DNA from: an uncultured candidate division Zixibacteria bacterium
GTDB taxonomy: Bacteria > Zixibacteria > MSB-5A5 > GN15 > FEB-12
Assembly (NCBI GenBank): GCA_963735035.1
Contig: CAVTJJ010000003.1
Coordinates: 576,001 to 640,000, forward strand
Reading direction: 5' to 3'
DNA: 64,000 bases
The notes under the pieces were generated by a model, which was not told where the DNA came from, searched no databases, and saw only the letters and a program-made list of their open reading frames with translations. Below are positions 51,858 to 62,209 of the stretch, one piece after another (within the stretch, counting starts at the first letter, position 1; every line of letters begins with the position of its first letter). The position numbers and the translations under genes were made by a program.

Positions 51858-52103
51858 CTATCGCTCGGGTTCGTCGTCGAAGTCTAAGTCGTCCTCCGGC
51901 TCGTCCTCCGCAAAATCGTCCCATTGTTCTTCTTCGACATCGTCAACATCACGGTCTCGTCCTGTTCCGCCGGACTTGCGACCGCCCTTGGGGGTCATCT
52001 CAAACACCGCATCGCAATCCAGACAGTAGACAATTTGCAGATCATGTCCGGAAGCGTCTTCGGCCTCAAGATTCTTACTCCCACAATGCGGGCACTTTTT
52101 CAT
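51858..52103 (-). CDS. Small zinc-ribbon protein with acidic tail
   Basis: CPHC..CLDC; D/E-rich C-terminus; GAGGAG RBS. Confidence 0.7.
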   Translation of the reverse strand: MKKCPHCGSKNLEAEDASGHDLQIVYCLDCDAVFEMTPKGGRKSGGTGRDRDVDDVEEEQWDDFAEDEPEDDLDFDDEPER

Positions 52104-52129
52104 CGTAAATCTCCTCTAATGGGATGCGA

Positions 52130-53581
52130 TCAGGGCGATGACACCTGATCGTCCGGTTTTGTATTATTGTGTTTCTGTTTCTCAGTTACATCGGCCTCTG
52201 AAGGCGTTGACTGACGCCCCAGGGGCAACAATTTTAGTACTTCATAGCCCATTAACTGAACCATCAACGGAATTCGTCGCTCCGAAGGTTCCGTGAGAAT
52301 CAGCATTAGCCCGGCCGAAGCTATCCTTAAGACGGCCGAAATTACAAATATAATGTGATAGTTTACAAATGTTTGTTTTCCTACTTTCCAGGCAAAGCTA
52401 GATACACTTTCCGCCAGCATTCCGCCCAAAATTGAGGCCGTAAAGAACGCCAGCCCGGTAACCGCGGCAAACCATGCCAGATAATAGGTTCGGTCGTCCT
52501 GGGGGCTCTTGTCAATCGGCAAAGTGAAGGCGGCCAGGTTGAATCCGGCCCACAACCAACCGGAATAAACGCATTCGATTGCCAGCGCCCAGAGCGAATC
52601 AGCTCGCGGCAGGAGCCAAATCAAGGGTATCATACCGATACCGGCGGCGCAAAAAGTGAGTACCGACCTCGACCCGAACCGGTCAATCCAGACCCCCCAG
52701 AGCCGGTTTGACGCCACCGCCACAATGGCCGACGCCGCCGAATATATGCCAATCAGAAAGAAACTCATTTTGAGGTTCAGCAGCATGTGGGGCGAGAAGA
52801 ACGGGGCCGAAAGGCCGATCGCGAAATACCAGGCGACAAACACCCGGAGGATGCGACGGAACTCCGGAGCTCGAAGCGGCCGCGCCCATCCCCCTGCCCG
52901 ATGAGCCTGCTCGGGCATGCTTACCACTTGCGAGACATTCGATACCCGGTTCAGGACTAACGAACCGATTAACGCCGCCACCGCTGCCGCACCAATGATC
53001 ATGGCGAACCCGAGCGGTTCGCGCCCCCCGGCACGAGTCCAGTCCAGCACCAGACTGCCCAAAATCGAGAACGCCAGCGTTGTCCCTGCAATCCAGGCGT
53101 TACGTACGCCAAAGAACCGCCCACGGATTTCTCTTGGCACAATATCCGAAACCCACGACAGCCAGACCGGGGTCACTATCTGGACACAGGTTGCCGAAAC
53201 CGTCACGAGCAAAAGGAATCCCGCCAGAGCCCAATTCGACTCGATGAACAAGAGAGGTATAGCCAGCCACCAGATTTGCCGGCCGACCGTAATCCCCCAG
53301 AGCGCCAATCTCTTACGGTGCCCGGCCAGACCGGGCAGGAGAATCGAAAGGGGCTGTGCCGCCTGAGCCAGAAACGGTAGCGCTACCAGGAGGCCGATCT
53401 CGAAATCATTCGCCCCCAACATAAGCGCCAGACCGGTAGCAAATGTACCGCTCGTGAGGACCACAAAAACGTTGGAAAGAGCGCCTTCCCGGACAATTCG
53501 GCTCAGGTCGCACCGAACCGATCTCGACTCCGGATCGGCACAATCGGAACTTGATCGCATCCCGCTGGTCAGAAGGCCCAT
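52130..53581 (-). CDS. MFS transporter
   Basis: About 12 hydrophobic segments, WIDRFGSR motif. Confidence 0.88.
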   Translation of the reverse strand: MGLLTSGMRSSSDCADPESRSVRCDLSRIVREGALSNVFVVLTSGTFATGLALMLGANDFEIGLLVALPFLAQAAQPLSILLPGLAGHRKRLALWGITVGRQIWWLAIPLLFIESNWALAGFLLLVTVSATCVQIVTPVWLSWVSDIVPREIRGRFFGVRNAWIAGTTLAFSILGSLVLDWTRAGGREPLGFAMIIGAAAVAALIGSLVLNRVSNVSQVVSMPEQAHRAGGWARPLRAPEFRRILRVFVAWYFAIGLSAPFFSPHMLLNLKMSFFLIGIYSAASAIVAVASNRLWGVWIDRFGSRSVLTFCAAGIGMIPLIWLLPRADSLWALAIECVYSGWLWAGFNLAAFTLPIDKSPQDDRTYYLAWFAAVTGLAFFTASILGGMLAESVSSFAWKVGKQTFVNYHIIFVISAVLRIASAGLMLILTEPSERRIPLMVQLMGYEVLKLLPLGRQSTPSEADVTEKQKHNNTKPDDQVSSP

Positions 53582-53606
53582 AGTGGATCTTCCTTCTCAA
53601 TCCCGC

Positions 53607-54956
53607 CTAGACGGTCGCGCCTCCCGAAGTGTGCGAATGGTCAACCGTCTCGTCTATCAATGCTACTTTCGGTAGCGGCTTTATGAAATTCTGGCGAAGA
53701 CTATAAGTGTATGCGCCCTGGTCGGGGATCAAAAGAACATCACCCGGAAGGATATCGTCGCCAAAATACGAGTATCCCCAGATATCATGGGGTGTACAGA
53801 GCGACCCGGCCACGAGACACTCCCGCTCTTCTATCGATGGCCGTGTCAGATTGATGACCGGGAAATAGTCGGATTCGTACCGCTCCCAGCCTACCGCGTT
53901 TATGCCCCCATCGGTGATCACCAGATCGGCCGCCTTGCGGTCGATTACTTTCACGAGAATATGCATCGACTCATGACACAACCATCGTCCCGGTTCGCAG
54001 TACAGTTTGAAACGGACATCCGATGGTATCTGCTCGGCCAGCGCCCGATCTATCTGCTCGACAAAAGTTGTCAACGGGACAGCCGTTTGACAGAAATGAT
54101 CCAGTGGTCCCCCGGAAGGCTCTGATAGCGCGGCATGCAATTGCCCCTCGGGCGTTGCCGCAGGCTGCATCCATTCTCCGGCGGGTGGCCAAAAGCCGCC
54201 GCCAATGTCAAGGAATTCAAGCGCCGTGCGATGCGACGACGCCAGGGTGCGAAGCGCTGCTCCCAGTCGAGTGATGAACTTCACCTGATTATCAGGATTG
54301 AGATTCCAGCTTATGTGAAAATGAAACCCTACCAATTTGACATGATTGCACTGCTCGGCCTGCTGAAAGAAATCGGGCAGCGATTCGAGCGGCGTGCCGA
54401 ACTTTCTCCAGATGCCCGACTCCGCCGTAGTCAGCCGCACCCCGCATTTCATTGGCTGATTCTTCCGCGTAGCAATCTGCTCTACCCGGTTCAACTCTGA
54501 CAGGCTGTCAAGCATCAGGATCACCCGTCCGGCGTTCTTCACCGCCAGATCGAGTTCATCGTCGGTCTTGCCGGGTCCGCTGAAGATTATTTCCTTCGCA
54601 CCAGCCTCAAGGGCCTGGTTCAGTTCGAGTCCGCTCGAGGCGTCCAATCCATACCCCTCGCCTACCAACGTGCGGGCGATCTCGGGATAGTTATTGCTCT
54701 TGATAGCATAGCAGGGCTGGACGTTCGGAAGACGACACTTGAATGCGGCCATGAATTCCCGCGCTCGTGAAATCAGCGCGGCCTGATCGAAAGCATAGAG
54801 CGGCGCACCGTGCACCCCTACCAGATTTAGAAAGGTGTGGCGACGTTCGAGGAACCGCTGGACGTAGGCCTGGAGCTGCTCACGCTCCAGCCGTGGAGTC
54901 GGCCGGTTCAGCAGTTCGGCCATGCGACGGGCGGAGCTCTCTGAGCTTCTGGTCAT
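53607..54956 (-). CDS. Fold-III PLP decarboxylase (Orn/DAP/Arg family)
   Basis: YAIKSN, SGPGK, KFG, HFH, DIGGG, EPGR, GSLCTPHD, GAYT. Confidence 0.9.
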   Translation of the reverse strand: MTRSSESSARRMAELLNRPTPRLEREQLQAYVQRFLERRHTFLNLVGVHGAPLYAFDQAALISRAREFMAAFKCRLPNVQPCYAIKSNNYPEIARTLVGEGYGLDASSGLELNQALEAGAKEIIFSGPGKTDDELDLAVKNAGRVILMLDSLSELNRVEQIATRKNQPMKCGVRLTTAESGIWRKFGTPLESLPDFFQQAEQCNHVKLVGFHFHISWNLNPDNQVKFITRLGAALRTLASSHRTALEFLDIGGGFWPPAGEWMQPAATPEGQLHAALSEPSGGPLDHFCQTAVPLTTFVEQIDRALAEQIPSDVRFKLYCEPGRWLCHESMHILVKVIDRKAADLVITDGGINAVGWERYESDYFPVINLTRPSIEERECLVAGSLCTPHDIWGYSYFGDDILPGDVLLIPDQGAYTYSLRQNFIKPLPKVALIDETVDHSHTSGGATV

Positions 54957-56220
54957 GACAGTTCTCGATTTCGACGACTAGGCGCGAAGCCAGTATGACA
55001 GCTTCTTGCTCTATCGATTGATAAGTATACGATGTGGGTCGGAAAATGATATGCCCCAGCAACCAGGAATCGTAGTCCTCCGGCGGCAATTTGACAATAT
55101 GTCCGGGGACCCGCTTCAAATAGCACTCAAGCACTTCCGGACAAGCCAGAACGGCGGCTGTATCCTGCCGTACAATTTTGCCCTCTATCTGAGCGAAGAC
55201 TCTCGCCCCGACCAGGGGCGTCCATTGTGAAGTCGGCAGAATCATGATAGGCTTGTCTTCGGAGAAATCCAGCGCCAGCCCCAGCATATCGAGCCCACAG
55301 CTTCTCTTGATTAGCGGCGGCAGGCAGTCACCGCCCGGCCGTGGAGTTATTTCAAGAAAGCAGGGACGACTATCGCGAACGATAAAATCAACCATACAAA
55401 CAGCCCGCTCGATTCCGAGCGCGGTGGCCGCCGCCCGCAATTTGTCGGTGAGCGATATTTCGTCCAGACCATAAGGCAATTGTGCGGGCAACAAATATGC
55501 AAAAGTAGTCCCGAAAGTCAGGCGACTCGACAGCACCTTGCCGGCGATACGAATGATCCTCACCTGGCCGGCGTCGATTATGAAATCACAACTGAACTCC
55601 GGCCCCTCCACCCACTCCTCGGCTACAACCGCTGATACCGATGCCGCGAACATGCGCGAGCCGGTCCGTTTACTCAAACCGTCTACCACTTTGCGAAAGG
55701 CCCGCCGACACTCATCGCGATCGTTACACCGAAATGTCAGTTCGCTGCCGCTCCCGGTGAGGGGCTTGAGTACCAGAGGACCGCCTATTTTATCGGCGAA
55801 AGCGAGCAGCTCTTTCTCATCGGCAACCAGAGCCGACCGGGGGCATTCAATCCCCTGTTTCTGCCACGCCTCTTTGGTTCTGGCCTTATCCCGCACCAGC
55901 CGTATTGTCTCAGGCCTGGAATACGCGAGCCCGAATCTTTGCGCCAGAATCGCTGCGAGTTCCATCGATTCGCAATCGAACGAGGTAATTCCCGATAGGC
56001 GGAGATTCCATTTCTTCAGATGCGCTTCAACTGCCGCAAAAGCGGTCTCGGGCTCTATCAAACTGCAGAGGATTTCGGATTCTTGGGCGGGCGTAGTTTC
56101 GCGGGCGCGTTCACGCTCGGCCGGGTCGGTCAAGAAAATGGCCCGCCGGGGATACCGACGGTCAATGAGATCAATGTAGTCGGCGGTGGTGCCGACTACG
56201 AGCACTCGCTCCTCAGGCAT
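54880..56220 (-). CDS. ATP-grasp ligase (L-amino acid ligase-like)
   Basis: RDK, VLKPLTGSGS, EEWVEGPEFS, EITPRPGG. Confidence 0.88.
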   Translation of the reverse strand: MPEERVLVVGTTADYIDLIDRRYPRRAIFLTDPAERERARETTPAQESEILCSLIEPETAFAAVEAHLKKWNLRLSGITSFDCESMELAAILAQRFGLAYSRPETIRLVRDKARTKEAWQKQGIECPRSALVADEKELLAFADKIGGPLVLKPLTGSGSELTFRCNDRDECRRAFRKVVDGLSKRTGSRMFAASVSAVVAEEWVEGPEFSCDFIIDAGQVRIIRIAGKVLSSRLTFGTTFAYLLPAQLPYGLDEISLTDKLRAAATALGIERAVCMVDFIVRDSRPCFLEITPRPGGDCLPPLIKRSCGLDMLGLALDFSEDKPIMILPTSQWTPLVGARVFAQIEGKIVRQDTAAVLACPEVLECYLKRVPGHIVKLPPEDYDSWLLGHIIFRPTSYTYQSIEQEAVILASRLVVEIENCHDQKLRELRPSHGRTAEPADSTAGA

Positions 56221-57211
56221 TAGCCGCTCCACCGGCGTCCAGTCCACGCGGCGACCAGACGGCCCGGGGATGAATCAACCCGGTCTCCGGTCGGACTGCC
56301 GGACGGCTTTCATGCAAGAGGTATAAAGGAACCGGAGTGAGATGGAACATCTCTTTCCAGTTGAAATTACCGCACAGGAAATCAACCCGGTCCAGTTTCT
56401 GTTCGCAGGCCCAGGTCATGTGATGAACATTGATCAGTTTGGCAATGCCTACATGGCGACCGTCGGTTCCGCCCGCCAACATGGTAAGCGTGCCGTTGTA
56501 GATACTCCCCAGATCGACCGCGGCTGGTTCGCCGTCGACCAGAATCGTCACCACCCGCAACCAGCCGCGTTCCTTCAGGAAATCGCGCAGGCTGCGGAAA
56601 CTGTTCAAGAAACGGGAGTCGTGGAAATACGATGACTGCCCATACCGACCGAGATTCAGATCGATCATGGTCTCGAAATCATCCGGATCGTCGAACCGCC
56701 AGGTCACCCCGCGTTCCTCCCAGGCTGCCAATTCCCGTTTCAGCTTCTTGGCGGTCTTGTGGGAGAATTCCTCGTAGTAACGTTCCATGTCATAGCCGTA
56801 CCTGGGCGGACAGAACAGATAGCCGATTTCGTCGACCTGACTGTACACCTCACCGGCCCGACTGTACGGACGAAGATACCGCAGATGATACGGCCCCGGC
56901 ACCGCCGCCAGCATCTCCGAAAGCAGGCGCGGATTGTCGATCACGATTCGATTCTGTTCCAACCAGGTCTTGCCGGACCAGGTCTCGCCGGGAAAGAAAT
57001 TGAACTGACCGGAATCGCCGTTGAGGCTGAGAGGCAAAAGCCCGCGCACCTGACCCTGCTCTTCGACCACGACGAAGCAGGGAGCATGACGGTAGTACCC
57101 GTCGAAACAGGCCCGCACCTCCCAGAGATCCGAAATGAACTCGCGCGGGATGAAGGCATCCCAGAGGCGATGACATTCTTCCGGATCTATGACTACACGA
57201 ATACGGTACAC
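56213..57211 (-). CDS. GNAT family (CelD/BcsL-like) N-acyltransferase
   Basis: GLLPL, DGEPAA, GIAKL, VDFLCG..WKEMF pattern. Confidence 0.78.
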   Translation of the reverse strand: MYRIRVVIDPEECHRLWDAFIPREFISDLWEVRACFDGYYRHAPCFVVVEEQGQVRGLLPLSLNGDSGQFNFFPGETWSGKTWLEQNRIVIDNPRLLSEMLAAVPGPYHLRYLRPYSRAGEVYSQVDEIGYLFCPPRYGYDMERYYEEFSHKTAKKLKRELAAWEERGVTWRFDDPDDFETMIDLNLGRYGQSSYFHDSRFLNSFRSLRDFLKERGWLRVVTILVDGEPAAVDLGSIYNGTLTMLAGGTDGRHVGIAKLINVHHMTWACEQKLDRVDFLCGNFNWKEMFHLTPVPLYLLHESRPAVRPETGLIHPRAVWSPRGLDAGGAANA

Positions 57212-57213
57212 GG

Positions 57214-57663
57214 CTACTTCCTCAGATTCACCTGCACGATACAGCGCGACCCGCCGAAATACTCCATGGCAAACTTCTCGACCACAGCCGGGTCGTACGG
57301 TTTGCAGCTGAAGACGTCGAGATACGTCGCGTTGCTGGCATTGGCGAAATGGGCCGAGATCAACGAAGTTTCGATCAACTGAACCATCGAAAATCCGGCG
57401 ACCCTTTCATCCTCGCCGAAATTAACCACCTTGCACTCACCGAAGCGCTTCATGGCGATCAGATCGCAGAGCTCGACTACGAACTGACGGATCTTGTCAG
57501 CGTCCCTGATCGTATCCGGATCGCAGTCGTAGATATCAAAACTGCAAGCCAAACCCCAGGCGCCGCTGATGTCGCCGGCTTCGTACTGACTGAGTTCGTC
57601 AAAGGCCACGAGACGAGAGACCGCATCGCTCGCGGCCTGTCCGGGGTGGAATTTCGTCTTCAC
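57214..57663 (-). CDS. speD: S-adenosylmethionine decarboxylase proenzyme family
   Basis: QLIETSLISAHF, YLDVFSCK; GTG 57663 after AAAGGA. Confidence 0.85.
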   Translation of the reverse strand: MKTKFHPGQAASDAVSRLVAFDELSQYEAGDISGAWGLACSFDIYDCDPDTIRDADKIRQFVVELCDLIAMKRFGECKVVNFGEDERVAGFSMVQLIETSLISAHFANASNATYLDVFSCKPYDPAVVEKFAMEYFGGSRCIVQVNLRK

Positions 57664-58281
57664 TTGTTTCCGTCCTTTTAGCAAGTGTTGTTTCCGTCGT
57701 CGCCGAATGCGCGGCCACCAGCCGGCCTTCGCCATTCAGCGGTTGTTATTATCTCCCAGGCTGACTCCCAACCCGGGTCATTTCACTATCCACTCTCATG
57801 CCCTTATCGGCTATCGCCGTGTCCAGGACATCACTATCAAGAGCAGATACTCCATATCTGCTTAATTGTTCGAAAGTTATTTCCCGACCGGACAGGTTAC
57901 CTCGCCGCTGTAGACGTTTCCACAACTGCGAAACTCCCCTGACTGTTCGGAAATTACCACCGTTGGAAAACTCGACGGAGACTGAGAGACCGATAGACCT
58001 TCCGTCCGAGAGACAGAAACCCGTAGACGCCGCTGTCGTAGACGACGGGGCGATGGTCGGGAACCAGAGTCCATTCATGCCCGACCTCATATGGCCGGCT
58101 CTGTGAAAGTCGTCAGCCGTCACTGTCCTCGCGCCGGAAGGAGCGAAACCGTCCGGGTCGACAGAGAATACCCGCCGCCCGACCGAGTCCGCGTCCGCCT
58201 TTCTTCTTGTTCCACAAGTTTGGCAACAAACGCGACCAGGTTCTTTGAGATTGTTGATCCATTCTCGATATCACCTTGCCG

Positions 58282-58971
58282 CTAATTCACTTTATCCGCC
58301 GGTATAGCTTCCCGAATGAAACGGGTCAGCCCGGCCACAAATGCCTGTTTCAACGACGCAAACGAACGATCCACATCGTCACCGTCGGTGGTCACCACCG
58401 CAAACGAGTAGTAACCGGAAATGAACCCGACAATGGCGCAGGCCAGTCGACGAATTGTCGCCGGAGGTATCGGCGCTTCAATGGTCGAGTCGACCAGTTC
58501 TTCCACCGTTCTGATATATGCCAGGAAGGGTGTCTCGATCCCTTCGTATCCCTGCTCCAGGGTCAGATCAGCACGTCCCTGGAAATACAGCACAAAATCC
58601 TTCCAACGCTGGCCGAAAAACTCGACATGAGCACCGATCATCGCATCCAGCATTTCCGGAAGCTCGGTGTGTCCCTGGCATTTCGCCACCAACTCGGAAG
58701 TCAACTCGTCGATGATCGATTTCATCAACTCGTTCACCAACTGGGACTTCGTCCCAAAATGGTAATAGAACGTCCCCCGCCCGAGATCCGCCCGGCGGGT
58801 GATGTCATCGATTGTTGTCAGATCCAGCCCTTTTTCCGAAAACACCGAGCGTGCGGCGTCAAGTAGACGCGCCCGAGTCTTGCTGAAGCGACGGTCTTGT
58901 CGCGACTCGCGCCGTTCGGCGCCGGAGGGTTTATCCGACGTATTCGTCACAGTTATATTCGACACTATCAT
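58282..58971 (-). CDS. TetR/AcrR family transcriptional regulator
   Basis: LLDAARSVFSEKG..TTIDDITRRADLGRGTFYYHF. Confidence 0.93.
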   Translation of the reverse strand: MIVSNITVTNTSDKPSGAERRESRQDRRFSKTRARLLDAARSVFSEKGLDLTTIDDITRRADLGRGTFYYHFGTKSQLVNELMKSIIDELTSELVAKCQGHTELPEMLDAMIGAHVEFFGQRWKDFVLYFQGRADLTLEQGYEGIETPFLAYIRTVEELVDSTIEAPIPPATIRRLACAIVGFISGYYSFAVVTTDGDDVDRSFASLKQAFVAGLTRFIREAIPADKVN

Positions 58972-59010
58972 CGTTTTGGACACTATCGTCAAAATTGACG
59001 AACCTGTCAA
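58958..59010 (-). promoter_or_regulatory. Sigma70 promoter overlapped by tandem TetR-like operators
   Basis: Minus strand TTGACA-N17-GATAGT; palindrome TTGACGAACCTGTCAA; GACACTATC x2. Confidence 0.65.
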
Positions 59011-59608
59011 GAGGTCCGAACAAAAAAAATTCCCGCGCGGTTCCGCCCATATCAATACTGGCTATTGTGAGTCTATGTTACTTGATTGCAGTAATTCGAG
59101 CGCTTACTCTCCAACTGGTGGTACCGCAATTAGTTGCCAATAGTTCAATGTCACCGCTGGCTCCTGCCAATTTCGCAACACTTCAAGAATTCTTCATGGG
59201 TATCAAGCTCATTTCTCGACCAGTTTTTCGATAGTGGACTCGAAAGTCACCACATTTTTCATGAGTCGCCCCCGACCATAACTCGTAACAGACGCAGGGT
59301 CAGCCACTTACCACGCGCCAATTCTATAACTATCAGACTGTGAGGCCGCAGTGTGGTCCTGCTCACAGAACAACCCCTGTTAGTATATGCCCTTACAGTG
59401 GAGGTGTCGGCGTAACTAAGACACACTTTCACGCGAGTCAGTAACTTCTCCCCCCGCACACATTCCTGGTTACCACGGTTCACACGGACAAAACCGCTTC
59501 TTTCGTCACACACTAAACTGTATTGTGTGATGAGCAAACGCGAGGAAGCCTGACCGGGAAATGGCAATTGAGGGCAGGCTGGGCATCTTAATGACGGAGG
59601 AAATTGGT

Positions 59609-60070
59609 ATGGGAATGGTCAAAGAATTCCGTGAGTTTGCCGTCAAAGGTAACGTCGTTGACATGGCGGTCGGTATCATTATCGGCGCGGCCTTCGGTAC
59701 CATCGTCAAGTCACTGGTGGACGATGTCATCATGCCGCCCATCGGTCTCCTTCTCGGCAACGTCGATTTCTCCAATCTGTTCATAGTCATGCGGGAAGGT
59801 TTGAGAGCTGCTCCGTACGCATCCATCGCCGACGCCCGCGCCGCCGGTGCGGTCACGCTCAACTACGGCATGTTCATCAACACCCTTATCAGCTTCGTGA
59901 TCGTAGCGTTTTCCGTGTTCCTTCTCGTCAAGAACATCAATCGACTCAAACGCGAAGAGAAAGTCGCTCCGGCGGCTGTGACCACACGCGAGTGTCCGCA
60001 CTGTTGCTCGACCATAAGCATCAAGGCAGTGCGCTGCCCGCATTGCACTTCGACGCTACAGGGCGTCTGA
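59609..60070 (+). CDS. mscL: Large-conductance mechanosensitive channel with C-terminal Zn ribbon
   Basis: [41 protein letters not shown]. Confidence 0.95.
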   Translation: MGMVKEFREFAVKGNVVDMAVGIIIGAAFGTIVKSLVDDVIMPPIGLLLGNVDFSNLFIVMREGLRAAPYASIADARAAGAVTLNYGMFINTLISFVIVAFSVFLLVKNINRLKREEKVAPAAVTTRECPHCCSTISIKAVRCPHCTSTLQGV

Positions 60071-60116
60071 CAGCAGATCAGCAGCACCATTTGAACGGTA
60101 GCCGTAGGACTGTATG

Positions 60117-60305
60117 TTGTGTCAGGTCCTGCGCCCCCGATTGGATGTTATGTCAGAGCCTGCCCTCGACCCGATCGGGGGTCTTGTCCCCGGCCCGTCG
60201 AAGACGGGCGGTGATGTGACCTGACACTGAGCAACACATGTAAATTGTCGTGTCAGGTCACATCACCACCCCACCTCCGGTGGACTGGCGACAGGACCTG
60301 ACACA
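60117..60305. repeat. REP-like palindromes (TGTCAGGTC..GACCTGACA) in inverted pair
   Basis: Same family as 11681-11726 and 44818-44861. Confidence 0.7.
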
Positions 60306-60628
60306 ACCTTTCGCCACCCAACCAACTACGCCGCAATATCTTACGCAGTCATACCCATGGGTTCTGCGGACCTGCTCTCAAAAATTGATCAGAGCCTTTC
60401 CGGCTTCCGATTATTGCACTGGACTTTCTCGATTGGACCGGATATTTTTGTCCGTTGAAATTGGTTTCCGTGAGACCTTTGGTTGAGAGTTTGTCATTCC
60501 CAGCAAATATCTGAAAGAAAGCGTTGAGGCGGAAGCTGTGCGCAATTATGCGCTGTAATGCGTTTGTCGTTGTCGAGTGATTTTCTCGCAGAGACCTGGG
60601 CAACTGACAAACAAGACCGGAGTGTGTG

Positions 60629-60970
60629 ATGAATATTTACGTGGGAAACCTGTCGTTCACTACGACAGAACAGCAGTTGCGTCAGGCGTTCGAGGCTTTC
60701 GGTGAAATCAAAAGCGTGAGCATTATCACGGACAAGTTCACCGGTGAAGCTCGTGGCTTTGCCTTTGTCGAGATGCCTGACAAGGACGCTGCGATGGCAG
60801 CGATCAGCGGCCTCAACGGCCAGGATCTGAACGGTCGCAAACTGAACATCAACGAGGCCCGTCCGAAGACCGACCGCCCTGATCGTGGTGGCGGCGGTGG
60901 TGGTCGCGGCGGCGGCGGCGGCCGTGGTGGCGATCGTGGCGGCTACGGCGGCGGCCGAGGAAGGGACTAA
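60629..60970 (+). CDS. RRM RNA-binding protein, Gly/Arg-rich tail
   Basis: NIYVGNL (RNP2), RGFAFVEM (RNP1). Confidence 0.95.
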   Translation: MNIYVGNLSFTTTEQQLRQAFEAFGEIKSVSIITDKFTGEARGFAFVEMPDKDAAMAAISGLNGQDLNGRKLNINEARPKTDRPDRGGGGGGRGGGGGRGGDRGGYGGGRGRD

Positions 60971-61008
60971 CACACGCCCGGACAAGAAAAGAAAAAGAAT
61001 ATGACATG

Positions 61009-61041
61009 TCAGAGACCGGCTTCGGCCGGTCTCTTTGTTTT
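61009..61041 (+). terminator. Intrinsic terminator
   Basis: AGAGACCGGC-TTCG-GCCGGTCTCT followed by TTGTTTT. Confidence 0.85.
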
Positions 61042-61061
61042 GGTGAATACTGAATGGCGGG

Positions 61062-62162
61062 CTACTCTATATTTTCCCACCAGTGGACAAGTTCAACCGG
61101 TTTCTCAGGATCAACCACTTCCCCCAACCGGGGCGCCATCATATCGACCCCTTCAGCCTCGGCCGCTTTCACCAGACGCTCAATCGGTTCGCTCCACGGG
61201 TGCGCTGCAAGATCGAAAGTCCCCCAATGTATCGGGAAGAGCATCTTCCCTTTCAACGTCAGTTGCACGATGGCGGCTTCTTCGGGACAGAGATGGATGT
61301 CTTTCCAGGCGTCGTCATAGGCGCCGATTGGAAGCAACGTTAGGTCGAATGGTCCGTATCGTTTGCCGATGTCTTTGAAACGATCCGAGTACCCCGTATC
61401 GCCGCCGAAGAACAGGCGACGGGTCGGGCCGATTATCGCCCAGGTTGACCAGAGCGTTCTGTTGACGTTCGAAAAGTTGCGACCGGAGAAATGTCGCGCC
61501 GGCGTACAGATTATTTCAAGGGAGTGGAATCTCGCCGACTCCCCCCAGTCGAGCTCAACGATCTGACTGTTCGGGGCACCCCACTCCTCGAGAATTGCGC
61601 CCACTCCCAGCGGGACGAAGAATGTCACCCCCTTCGATGCGAGGTACTCCACGGTGGTCCGTTCGAGATGGTCAAAATGGTCATGTGAAATCACAACGGC
61701 ATCGATAGTCGGCAGGCTGTCACGAGAAAGAGACGTAGGCTGAAAGCGTCGCGATTCGCCCATCGCATGCTTCGTGTACTCGTCAAATACCGGATCGAAC
61801 AGCAGCGTCACACTGTCGATTCTCACCAGAATCGTGGAATGTCCCAACCAGACCGCCTTCAGCCCAGACGATGTATCAAGAGTGGCAGCATCGACAGCGA
61901 CCGAAGGCAGAGCTTTCGAAGGGCGTGATCTCTTCACCGGAACGACCTGATCCTTCAGCGGCGACCAGATTTCATTGAAATCAACCGTGCTGGTGGGATC
62001 TTCATTGACAAAATGCCCGCTCTCGAAATTGCGCGACCGCTTCATTCTTTCCAAACGCTTTTCCGCAGCGATCGAGCGCGAAGAATCCGGGTCCGCCGAA
62101 ATATTCGACATGGCAACGATCATGGCAATTAAGGCTGTGATGACAAGACGGTGTGGTTTCAT
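61062..62162 (-). CDS. MBL-fold metallo-hydrolase (NAPE-PLD/RomA-like), secreted
   Basis: WLGHST, SHDHFDH, PARHFSGR, GDTGY, PIHWGTF. Confidence 0.9.
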   Translation of the reverse strand: MKPHRLVITALIAMIVAMSNISADPDSSRSIAAEKRLERMKRSRNFESGHFVNEDPTSTVDFNEIWSPLKDQVVPVKRSRPSKALPSVAVDAATLDTSSGLKAVWLGHSTILVRIDSVTLLFDPVFDEYTKHAMGESRRFQPTSLSRDSLPTIDAVVISHDHFDHLERTTVEYLASKGVTFFVPLGVGAILEEWGAPNSQIVELDWGESARFHSLEIICTPARHFSGRNFSNVNRTLWSTWAIIGPTRRLFFGGDTGYSDRFKDIGKRYGPFDLTLLPIGAYDDAWKDIHLCPEEAAIVQLTLKGKMLFPIHWGTFDLAAHPWSEPIERLVKAAEAEGVDMMAPRLGEVVDPEKPVELVHWWENIE

Positions 62163-62209
62163 GTCGCTGACTCTTCTACCCCTTCGCGCTACGTCGGCGC
62201 CAATTACGT

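Noticed and set aside
59060..59600. Riboswitch or ncRNA in the long tetR-mscL intergenic region
   Set aside because: No recognisable conserved motif or terminator; an Rfam search would be needed.
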